Shown here one piece after another: positions 17,036 through 24,758 of a DNA stretch of 64,000 nt. The stretch is taken from NCBI GenBank assembly GCA_938034975.1, contig CALHNI010000001.1, forward strand, positions 105,807 to 169,806, in the 5' to 3' direction. The notes beneath the pieces are model-generated. The model had not been told where the DNA came from. It was given only the letters and a program-made list of their open reading frames with translations, and searched no databases. How positions within the stretch are numbered: the stretch's first letter is position 1; every line of letters starts with the position of its first letter. The DNA is from Candidatus Goldiibacteriota bacterium. Its GTDB lineage: Bacteria; Oederibacteriota; PGYV01; DYJU01. Both the position numbers and the translations under genes were made by a program.

Positions 17036-18802
17036 TTAAATTTTTATTTTATCAATATACTGACTTAATGGTTTATCTGAAAGGGTTTCTCTTAAAACTT
17101 CATCAAGCGTAGTTATACCCATTTTCATTATTTTTATTGCTGATTCTCTTATTGTCATCATTCCCATATCCCATGCAACACGCTTTAATTCATTTAAGCT
17201 GCCTTTTTTAAATATGACTTCTCTTATTTTCATATTTATTGGTAATACTTCATAGGCAGCTATTCTTCCTTTATAACCTGTATAATGACAATTCGGGCAT
17301 CCTCTTCCTTCATAATATTCAGAACCTTCTAACAACTCAGGCGGAATTCCATATTTTTTTGCTTTTAAAAAATCTATTTCTTTTATTTTTTCCTTACAAT
17401 TTTCACATATACGCCTGACCAACCTTTGTGATATTGAAATTAAAACAGAAGAACCAACATATATAGGGTCAATTCCCATATCAACAAGACGTGTTATTGT
17501 TGTTGGCGCATCATTGGTATGCAAAGTAGAAAGAACAAGATGTCCTGTTAATGCTGCCTTAATTGCAATTGATGCTGTTTCTTCATCCCTTATTTCTCCA
17601 ACAAGCATTACATCAGGGTCTTGCCTTAAAAATGCGCGTAATACATTTGCAAAAGTAAGCCCGGCTGCAGGATTTACCTGTATCTGAATAATATGCGGCA
17701 ATCTGTATTCCACCGGATCTTCAACTGTTAATATATTATCATGCGGGTCATTTATATGAGATAAAGCACCATAAACTGTTGTTGTTTTACCACAGGCAGT
17801 AGGTCCAGTAATTAAAATCATTCCATATGGATTCTGAAGTGCTTTTTCCAGTTCTCTTTGTTGTTCTTCAAACAGACCTAAATCTTTTAAAGCAAGACTC
17901 TGAGCTTCCTGATTTATAATACGCATCACAATATTTTCTCCCCATATAGAAGGGACAACAGAGACACGGAGGTCAACTTCTTTATTATTGGAAAGTTTAA
18001 ATTTAACCCTTCCGTCCTGTGGTAATCTTTTCTCAATTATATTCATCCCTGCCATAAGCTTTATTCTTGAAGCCAGAGGTTTTTTAAATTGAATTTTAGG
18101 CGGTGGCATCTCCACCAAAGCACCATCTATCCTGTATCTTAAAACGATCTTTTTTTCATAAGGATTGATATGTATATCCGATGCCCTTTTTCTGACTGCA
18201 TCTTCAATGATATAATTTACATATTTAACAACAGGACTGTGTTCTCCTTCGATATCTTCTTCTACGCCTTCTTCTTCTTTTATTTTTAATTCTTCCTCAA
18301 TAATTTCTATATCTCCTGTTGTGTCTCCTATATTTTTTAATGTTTCATCCAATGTTGAAGAACCCAAATAATATTTTTCCAAAGCAGCATTTAATGCGCT
18401 GTCAGTTGTTACAACAAAACTTATATCTTCATCTTCTCCAAGGTTAAGTTCGTATTTTAAATTACTCTGCAATGAAGGGTCCAGTGGATTTGATGTAGCA
18501 AAAATTATTTTTCCTGGCTTTTTTTCAATTGGGATAATTTTATATTTTTGGGCAATATCCTTTGATAAAATTTTTATTACTTCTTCTTCAATATGCAAAA
18601 TACCAACATCCACAAATTTTGTTCCAACCTGCAAAGCCAGAAAATGATATAAAACATCCTCTGTTATATATCCTAATTTTACCAAAATAACACCTAAGGA
18701 TTCGCTTGTTTTTTCCTGCTCTGATATTGCTTTATCAAGCTGCTCTTCTGTTATCATGCCTTCTTCTAATAATATTTCGCCTAATTTTTTCTGTTCATTC
18801 AT
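17036..18802 (-). CDS. PilB/GspE-family type IV filament assembly ATPase with MshEN-type N-terminus (copy 2)
   Basis: 588 aa. The N-terminus has KLGEILLEEGMITEEQLDKAISEQ and LGVILVKLGYITEDVLYHFLALQ. Walker A is GPTACGKTTT. Other motifs are VGEIRD, LVLSTLHTNDA and the tetra-Cys CENC...CPNC. Confidence 0.9.
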   Translation of the reverse strand: MNEQKKLGEILLEEGMITEEQLDKAISEQEKTSESLGVILVKLGYITEDVLYHFLALQVGTKFVDVGILHIEEEVIKILSKDIAQKYKIIPIEKKPGKIIFATSNPLDPSLQSNLKYELNLGEDEDISFVVTTDSALNAALEKYYLGSSTLDETLKNIGDTTGDIEIIEEELKIKEEEGVEEDIEGEHSPVVKYVNYIIEDAVRKRASDIHINPYEKKIVLRYRIDGALVEMPPPKIQFKKPLASRIKLMAGMNIIEKRLPQDGRVKFKLSNNKEVDLRVSVVPSIWGENIVMRIINQEAQSLALKDLGLFEEQQRELEKALQNPYGMILITGPTACGKTTTVYGALSHINDPHDNILTVEDPVEYRLPHIIQIQVNPAAGLTFANVLRAFLRQDPDVMLVGEIRDEETASIAIKAALTGHLVLSTLHTNDAPTTITRLVDMGIDPIYVGSSVLISISQRLVRRICENCKEKIKEIDFLKAKKYGIPPELLEGSEYYEGRGCPNCHYTGYKGRIAAYEVLPINMKIREVIFKKGSLNELKRVAWDMGMMTIRESAIKIMKMGITTLDEVLRETLSDKPLSQYIDKIKI

Positions 18803-18824
18803 AAAATATATCCCTCTTTCATTT

Positions 18825-20534
18825 TTAACCTTCTGCTTCTGCTGTAACTCTGATTATCTCTTCAGAAGTTGTAATCCCATTTTTCCATTTTTCTAAAGCC
18901 ACACTTCTTAATGTTCTCATTCCATCCTTTTCTGCCTGTTTTCTTATCTCATTAAGGTCTGCCCTTTTAAATACCAGTTCTGCCAATTCCGGGGTCATAG
19001 GCATTATTTCATATATGGCAACTCTTCCTTTATAACCTGATCCACTGCAAGCTGGACAGCCTTCCCCAACATAAAGTGTTGCATTTTTAATGAAATCTCT
19101 TGTTATCTGTAGTTTTTGAAGTTCATCATCATCCGGGACATATTCTTTTTTACATTTCTGACAAACTTTTCTCATAAGTCGTTGTGCCACAACTATTCTT
19201 AATGCCGAACCAACATAAATCGGATCTATCCCCATGTCAATTAACCTCATTATAGTGGATGGTGCATCATTTGTATGTAAAGTGGAAAATAAAAGATGCC
19301 CGGTTAATGCAGCTTTAATTGCAATATCTGCTGTTTCTTTATCCCTGATTTCTCCGACCATCATTATATTCGGGTCCTGCCTTAAAACAGCCCTCAAAGC
19401 AACTGAAAAATCAAAATTTATTTCATGATTCATCTGTATTTGAATTATACCAGGCAATTGATATTCAACAGGATCTTCAAGAGTCATTATATTTCTTGAT
19501 ACATCATTAATTGTGGAAAGAGCTGAATAAAGTGTAGTTGTTTTACCGCTTCCTGTAGGTCCTGTATGTAAAATAAGTCCATATGGCGACTGAATTGCAT
19601 CTTTGTAAATTTCAAGTTCCTTTGGTTCAAAACCAAGTTTAGAAAGATCAAGCATAAGTCCTTCCTGGTCCAAAATTCGCATTACTACATTTTCGCCATA
19701 TATACTTGGTAATACAGATACCCTTAGGTCAATTATTTTATTTTGAACCTTAATTTTTATTCTTCCGTCCTGAGCTCTTCTTTTCTCCATAATATCCATA
19801 CGCGACATAACCTTTATTCTTGAAACAATTGCATTCCTGTATTGTTTGGGTGGTGATTTTTGTGTTTGCAAGACTCCATCAATCCTGTATCTTACAACCA
19901 TATTTTTAGGAAAAGGATTCAAATGAATATCTGATGCTCGCAATCTTACGGCATCTGCAATTAAAGCATTTGTAATTTTTATAACTGGTGCATCATTTTC
20001 AGTATAACCGCCTTCTTCTATCATATCTTCTTCTTTAAAATCAGTAGAATCGGTTCCTTTTAATATTTCTTTCAAACTCTCATCAACTTGTAATTTTTCC
20101 GAAATACCATAATACATATTTAAAGCATTTTTAATTGCTGATTCTGTGGCAACCACAAATTTTATTTCCATTTCTTTGGGCAATAAAACTTTTTCTCTTA
20201 GTTTTAAGATCAGGTGTTCATCAGGTTCTGATGTTGCAAAAACAATTGTATTATCCGTCTTCTCATAAGGAATAATACTAAACTCTTCTGCAACTTCTTT
20301 TTTAATCATTTTGATAAGTTCATCAGGTATGGTTTTATCCATAAAATCAACATAATCAACCCCAAACTGTATTGCAAGGAAATAAAATAATGCATCTTCT
20401 GTAATTGCTCCCATTCTTACCAAAATACGACCAAGTGGTTCTCCGGTTTTTTGTTGTTCATCTATTGCCTGCTTCAATTGCTCCTCTGTTATAAGATTTT
20501 CTTCTCTTAACAAATCACCTAATCTTTTCGCCAT
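18825..20534 (-). CDS. PilB/GspE-family type IV filament assembly ATPase with MshEN-type N-terminus (copy 1)
   Basis: 569 aa. The N-terminus has RLGDLLREENLITEEQLKQAIDEQ and LGRILVRMGAITEDALFYFLAIQ. Walker A is GPTGSGKTTT. Other motifs are VGEIRD, LLFSTLHTNDA and CQKC...CPAC. Confidence 0.9.
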   Translation of the reverse strand: MAKRLGDLLREENLITEEQLKQAIDEQQKTGEPLGRILVRMGAITEDALFYFLAIQFGVDYVDFMDKTIPDELIKMIKKEVAEEFSIIPYEKTDNTIVFATSEPDEHLILKLREKVLLPKEMEIKFVVATESAIKNALNMYYGISEKLQVDESLKEILKGTDSTDFKEEDMIEEGGYTENDAPVIKITNALIADAVRLRASDIHLNPFPKNMVVRYRIDGVLQTQKSPPKQYRNAIVSRIKVMSRMDIMEKRRAQDGRIKIKVQNKIIDLRVSVLPSIYGENVVMRILDQEGLMLDLSKLGFEPKELEIYKDAIQSPYGLILHTGPTGSGKTTTLYSALSTINDVSRNIMTLEDPVEYQLPGIIQIQMNHEINFDFSVALRAVLRQDPNIMMVGEIRDKETADIAIKAALTGHLLFSTLHTNDAPSTIMRLIDMGIDPIYVGSALRIVVAQRLMRKVCQKCKKEYVPDDDELQKLQITRDFIKNATLYVGEGCPACSGSGYKGRVAIYEIMPMTPELAELVFKRADLNEIRKQAEKDGMRTLRSVALEKWKNGITTSEEIIRVTAEAEG

Positions 20535-20541
20535 TAAAGAA

Positions 20542-21642
20542 TTACCTCATTTTATAAAATAAATCTTTTTCTTTTGCATTTAATTTTCTGTATAAAAATT
20601 CCTTGCCACGTATCACATAAAAATAAGGCGGATAAGCAACCCTGAGTCCTTTTTCATTAAATTTTATATTTCCTGTTGCTCCTTCAAATTCTTCTGTAAT
20701 TAAACATTCTTTAAGTAAACCTGATTCTATTTTACCTTTATCCAGACAATATTGAATAATATTAACCGTATCAAAAATAAATGGCAACTTAGCATCAGTG
20801 CCTTTGTGGGTTTCATTATATTTTTCAAGGAAACTCCGCATCTTTTTTAAAGAATAAAGTGAAGGTGGCACAGAAAGAACAAAATGTGCTCCTTGAGAGC
20901 CATCTTTTGCTTTTTTAATAAATTCTTTATTGCAAATATCTGATATGGAAGAAAAATCAGCACCCACGTTTAACTCCCTTGATTGTTTTGCAATTAAAGA
21001 AGCCTGTTCCATTAATCCAGCAAAAAATATTGTATTTACTTTTAATTCTCTTAACCTTATCAAAATCGTCTCAAAATCTTTTCTTTCTGCGTCAACACTC
21101 CTGAAATATCCAACAGATGCTTTATTCTTTAAAACAGTATCCTTGTATGCCTCAGCTATCTTTAAAAATTCATCATATCCATCGGTGTAAAGTATTGCAA
21201 AATTTCTTTTCTGTAAAACAGAAATTTGTATTCTGCATAAAATCCTTGCCAGATCCAGATTTGATGGCGCAATCCTGAATATGTTTTTTTTATCATCAAT
21301 ACTTAAATATTCAGTTCCTATTAAAAAAACAGGAATATCATCTATATTTTCAAGAACTTTTTTATGCTTTTCCAAAATTATACCGGTAATTGCAATTAAA
21401 TTTTTTTCATGTTTTATATTATCAACCAGATTTTCATCATCTTCAAAAAATTTTTTTTGTAGTTCATAATTTTCTGTTTTTTTATTTATATCCTCTAAAA
21501 GTAAAGAAAGCGCATCATATAAATTAGAAGAATTAGTTGATAAAGAATTACCTATAAATCCTATTGTATATGTTGGCTTTGCCTCTAATGTAATATTTGA
21601 TAACATTACCAAAATGGTTATTAAAACCATCTTGACTTTCAT
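20542..21642 (-). CDS. Periplasmic substrate-binding protein, type-1 (Leu/Ile/Val-binding-like) fold
   Basis: 366 aa with a signal peptide. The alternating beta-alpha pattern and motifs (IGFIG, IFRIAPS, FAILYTD) are reminiscent of Peripla_BP_6. No permease or ATPase partner is adjacent. Confidence 0.5.
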   Translation of the reverse strand: MKVKMVLITILVMLSNITLEAKPTYTIGFIGNSLSTNSSNLYDALSLLLEDINKKTENYELQKKFFEDDENLVDNIKHEKNLIAITGIILEKHKKVLENIDDIPVFLIGTEYLSIDDKKNIFRIAPSNLDLARILCRIQISVLQKRNFAILYTDGYDEFLKIAEAYKDTVLKNKASVGYFRSVDAERKDFETILIRLRELKVNTIFFAGLMEQASLIAKQSRELNVGADFSSISDICNKEFIKKAKDGSQGAHFVLSVPPSLYSLKKMRSFLEKYNETHKGTDAKLPFIFDTVNIIQYCLDKGKIESGLLKECLITEEFEGATGNIKFNEKGLRVAYPPYFYVIRGKEFLYRKLNAKEKDLFYKMR

Positions 21643-21678
21643 AATTCCTCCAAACTTTTTATTTTCTTAAATAGTAAT

Positions 21679-21706
21679 ATTATACCAATTACCCTCGTAT
21701 TGTCAA
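21679..21706 (-). promoter_or_regulatory. Near-consensus sigma70 promoter (TTGACA-N16-TATAAT) for the 8-gene minus-strand operon
   Basis: Minus strand reads TTGACAatacgagggtaattggTATAATattac, about 35 nt upstream of the GGAGG-ATG at 21642. Confidence 0.6.
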
Positions 21707-21721
21707 TACAGGTAGAATTAA

Positions 21722-21932
21722 CCGTAAAAACGCGTTAGAAATTGCGTTTTTATGGAAAAACAAACTGTTTTTATCATTTTTATTTAATAAATTTTCATTT
21801 TTATAATGCATTACTTTTATTCACCTGTTTTTTAATTTTAAAAACAAATACACTCTTAAAATTCTTATTTGTTTATAAACCTTTTTATATATTTTCTCTT
21901 TTCCACTGAAAAACGCTAATGCGTTTTTCAGG
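21722..21932 (+). repeat. Family-B repeat, copy B4 (211 bp) flanked by a 9-bp direct repeat
   Basis: The sequence reads ccgtaaaaacgcgttagaaattgcgtttttatgg...ccactgaaaaacgctaatgcgtttttcagg. It is flanked by tagaattaa at 21713-21721 and 21933-21941, or 13 nt if the preceding cagg is counted. Confidence 0.8.
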
Positions 21933-21945
21933 TAGAATTAAATCC

Positions 21946-21973
21946 TTGAACTTATTTCTTAATTTGATATATT
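21946..21973 (+). promoter_or_regulatory. Candidate serS promoter (TTGAAC-N16-TATATT)
   Basis: ccTTGAACttatttcttaatttgaTATATTtat lies about 35 nt upstream of the aaggag-ATG at 22010. Confidence 0.45.
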
Positions 21974-22009
21974 TATATTAAAAAAAATTTAACAAAATAA
22001 GGAGAATAT

Positions 22010-23287
22010 ATGATTGATATAAAATTTATCAGAGAAAACAAAGAATTTGTTAAAAACGAAATTTCCAAAAAAAATATTGATCCTGTCATTATTGATGAAA
22101 TATTTAATATTGATATTAAAAGAAGGGAAAAAATTCAGGAAGTAGAAAATTTAAAAGCAGAAAATAATAAAGCATCAGGCGAAATTGCAAGATTAAAAAA
22201 AGAAGGGAAAAATACAGAAGATTTAATTAAATCAATGAAAGAAGTATCTGAAAAAATTAAAAAATTAGACGAAGAACTTGCGTTAATTGAAGATGAATTC
22301 AATAAAAAAATGCTTTTTGTGCCAAATATTCCTCATCAAAGTGTTCCTTATGGAAAAGACGAAAAATCCAATTTAGTTGTAAAAGAGTATGGCGAAAAAC
22401 CAAAATTTAATTTCAAACCAAAACCTCATTGGGAAATTGCAGAATACCTTGATATCCTTGATGATAAAAGAGCTGCTAAAATAACAGGAGCAAGATTCAC
22501 CATGTATAAAGGAATGGGATCTCTTTTGGAACGCGCATTAATAAATTTTATGCTTGATGTTCAGACAAAAGAACATGGATATACAGAAATAATACCGCCT
22601 TTACTTGTAAATCGGGATACAATGACTGGAACAGGGCAATTGCCCAAACTCGAAGATGATATGTTTAAAGTTGTTGATCCTGATTATTTTTTAATCCCTA
22701 CAAGTGAAGTTCCACTTATAAACATACATAAAGATGAAATTTTAAAAGAAAAAGATTTGCCGTTAAAATATACTGCATATACCCCTTGTTTCAGAAAAGA
22801 AGCAGGTTCATATGGAAAAGATATGAAAGGTATTGTGAGATTGCATCAATTCAATAAAGTTGAATTGATAAAATTTTCTTTACCGGATACATCCTATGAT
22901 GAACTTGAAAAATTATTAAACGACGCAGAAGAAATTTTAAAAAGATTAAATTTGCATTATCGGGTTGTATTATTATGCACGGGCGATATGAGCTTTGCAT
23001 CTGCAAAAACTTATGATATAGAAGTATGGCATTCAGGCACAGAGAGATTCTGGGAAACTTCTTCATGCAGCAATTGCACTGATTTTCAGGCAAGACGCGC
23101 AAGAATAAAATACAGGGCAAAAGATGGCAAATCATATTTTGTCCATACTTTAAATGGCTCTGGCTTGGCAACCTCCAGATTATTGCCTGCTATTTTAGAA
23201 AATTATCAGACAGAAAATATGGAAGTTATCATACCAGAAGTTTTACGGAGTTATATGGGTGGAATTGACAAAATAACAAAAAAATAG
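22010..23287 (+). CDS. serS: Seryl-tRNA synthetase
   Basis: 425 aa with an N-terminal coiled-coil arm and class II motifs (FRKEAGS, GDMSFASAKTYDIEVW, TLNGSGLATSR). Confidence 0.95.
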   Translation: MIDIKFIRENKEFVKNEISKKNIDPVIIDEIFNIDIKRREKIQEVENLKAENNKASGEIARLKKEGKNTEDLIKSMKEVSEKIKKLDEELALIEDEFNKKMLFVPNIPHQSVPYGKDEKSNLVVKEYGEKPKFNFKPKPHWEIAEYLDILDDKRAAKITGARFTMYKGMGSLLERALINFMLDVQTKEHGYTEIIPPLLVNRDTMTGTGQLPKLEDDMFKVVDPDYFLIPTSEVPLINIHKDEILKEKDLPLKYTAYTPCFRKEAGSYGKDMKGIVRLHQFNKVELIKFSLPDTSYDELEKLLNDAEEILKRLNLHYRVVLLCTGDMSFASAKTYDIEVWHSGTERFWETSSCSNCTDFQARRARIKYRAKDGKSYFVHTLNGSGLATSRLLPAILENYQTENMEVIIPEVLRSYMGGIDKITKK

Positions 23288-23320
23288 TATAGTTAATGCA
23301 AATTTACAGGAGGTTCTTAC

Positions 23321-23536
23321 ATGGAAAACAAAGAAAAACCTCAACAAACGATTAAAAAAAATAAAGCAGGACTATATATTATTGGAATATCTATACTGAT
23401 TTTAATTTTAGGTTATTATACTTTAACCAAAGTTAATGCAGATGCATCTAACTGGCAGGGAGTTGTAGCACCTATCTTAATAATAGGTGGATATATAACA
23501 ATAGCAATCGGAATCTTGGTTGGCTGGGATGAGTAA
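23321..23536 (+). CDS. Small membrane protein (2 TM), unknown function
   Basis: 71 aa with RBS aggagg 7 nt upstream and two hydrophobic helices. Confidence 0.4.
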   Translation: MENKEKPQQTIKKNKAGLYIIGISILILILGYYTLTKVNADASNWQGVVAPILIIGGYITIAIGILVGWDE

Positions 23537-23565
23537 AATAATATTTATTGTGCGTTAAACAAAGC

Positions 23566-23652
23566 GGAGGGCTAGTCCTAACTGGTAAGGCGTCTGACTT
23601 GAAATCAGATGGGAGCAATCCCATGCGGGTTCGAATCCTGCGCCCTCCGCCA
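23566..23652 (+). tRNA. tRNA-Ser (anticodon TGA), class II with long variable arm, encoded CCA
   Basis: Hand-folded. The acceptor is ggagggc/gccctcc and the anticodon stem tctga/tcaga with loop cTTGAaa. The variable stem is tggga/tccca, the T-loop is ttcgaat, and the 3' end is gCCA. Confidence 0.9.
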
Positions 23653-23722
23653 ATTTATTTTAAAATAAAATTATGCTCATTTGATTTAAATTAAACAAAT
23701 TATATATTAAATAATTTTTTGC

Positions 23723-23814
23723 GGAAAGGTGGCCGAGTGGCTGAAGGCAGCTGCCTGCTAAGCAGTTGGCCTGGGCAACTGGGCTCGCGGGTTCGAATCC
23801 CGCCCTTTCCGCCA
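23723..23814 (+). tRNA. tRNA-Ser (anticodon GCT), class II, encoded CCA
   Basis: Hand-folded. The acceptor is ggaaagg/cctttcc and the D-arm gcc-gagtggctgaa-ggc. The anticodon loop is ctGCTaa, the T-arm gcggg-ttcgaat-cccgc, and the 3' end is gCCA. Confidence 0.9.
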
Positions 23815-23837
23815 GTTTTTTAAAGGAGAAAAATCTT

Positions 23838-24758
23838 ATGCATATTTTTGGCCCTGTATCTTCCAGACGCCTTGGATTATCCCTTGGCATTGATTTAATT
23901 GGACAAGTTAAAACTTGCAATTTAAATTGTATTTATTGTGAACTTTTCAGAACTAAAAATTTATCAGTTAAAAGAAAAATTTTTGTCAAAACTGAAAAAG
24001 TAATTAATGACTTAAAAAAATTTCTTTTAAAAAAACAAAAAATTGATTATATAACCATCTCAGGCAATGGCGAACCAACCCTTGCTTTAAATTTAGGTGA
24101 AGTTATATCTAAAATAAAAAAAATAACAAATATAAAAGTTGCTGTAATAACAAATGGAACACTTTTATTCAATAAAAATGTAAGAAACAACTTAAAAAAA
24201 GCAGATGTTGTTTTACCTTCTTTAGATGCAGGCACAGAAAAAACTTTTTTAAAAGTAAACCGACCTTATAAAGATTTTAATTTTAATAAAATGGTAAAAG
24301 GACTCATTACCTTTTCAAAAGAATATAAAGGAAAAATCTGGCTTGAAATAATGCTTGTTAAAAATATAAATGACAATGAAAATGAATTAAAAAGCATAAA
24401 AAAAATCATTGATAGACTTCATAACATTGAAAAAATACAATTAAATACCGTAGTTCGGGCTGGTTCTGAAAAAAACGCATGCGCTGTAAGCGAAAAAAAA
24501 TTAAAAAAATTAAAAAATATATTCGGAAACAAAGCAGAAATTATATCTGGTTTTAAAAACAAAAAAATAAAAAAATTTAACAATCTAAAACAGCAGATAC
24601 TGGATATTATCAGGTTCCGGCCTGTAACTTTTGAAGAATTAAAAAAAAGTATTGAACAAAATCCAAATTTATTAAGAAAAAAATTAAACGAACTATTTAA
24701 AGAAAAAATGATTTTAAAAATAAAACATAACAAAACAATATTTTTTAAAGGAAAATGA
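23838..24758 (+). CDS. Radical SAM protein (CxxxCxxC; COG0731-like)
   Basis: Start trimmed to the ATG at 23838 (RBS aaaggag), because the longer track ORF overlaps tRNA-Ser. It has MHIFGPVSSRRLGLSLGIDL and CNLNCIYCE motifs and a C-terminal wHTH-like tail. Confidence 0.75.
   Translation: MHIFGPVSSRRLGLSLGIDLIGQVKTCNLNCIYCELFRTKNLSVKRKIFVKTEKVINDLKKFLLKKQKIDYITISGNGEPTLALNLGEVISKIKKITNIKVAVITNGTLLFNKNVRNNLKKADVVLPSLDAGTEKTFLKVNRPYKDFNFNKMVKGLITFSKEYKGKIWLEIMLVKNINDNENELKSIKKIIDRLHNIEKIQLNTVVRAGSEKNACAVSEKKLKKLKNIFGNKAEIISGFKNKKIKKFNNLKQQILDIIRFRPVTFEELKKSIEQNPNLLRKKLNELFKEKMILKIKHNKTIFFKGK

Noticed and set aside
21708-21945. 13-nt direct repeat caggtagaattaa as the true target duplication of B4
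   Set aside because: The cagg on the right side is the conserved end of the element, as seen in B1 and in variant form in the other copies. Only the 9-nt tagaattaa can safely be called flanking. The extra 4-nt match on the left may be coincidence or target preference.
21940-22009. T-box leader upstream of serS (and of metG at 34271-34298)
   Set aside because: The untranslated regions are only about 35-70 nt after the predicted promoters, far too short for a T-box. No specifier or antiterminator structure is seen.
23566-23652. Possible tRNA-Sec because of the long variable arm
   Set aside because: The anticodon loop is cTTGAaa, giving anticodon UGA (serine) and not UCA. The 7-bp acceptor and normal D-arm fit a class II tRNA-Ser.
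23766-23837. N-terminal 24 codons of track ORF 23766..24758
   Set aside because: This extension overlaps tRNA-Ser(GCT) at 23723-23814. The ATG at 23838 has a proper aaaggag RBS and gives the conserved radical-SAM N-terminus.
23660-23920. Minus-strand 86-aa ORF
   Set aside because: It lies antisense across tRNA-Ser(GCT) and the radical-SAM start. It has no RBS and its composition is driven by the tRNA sequence.
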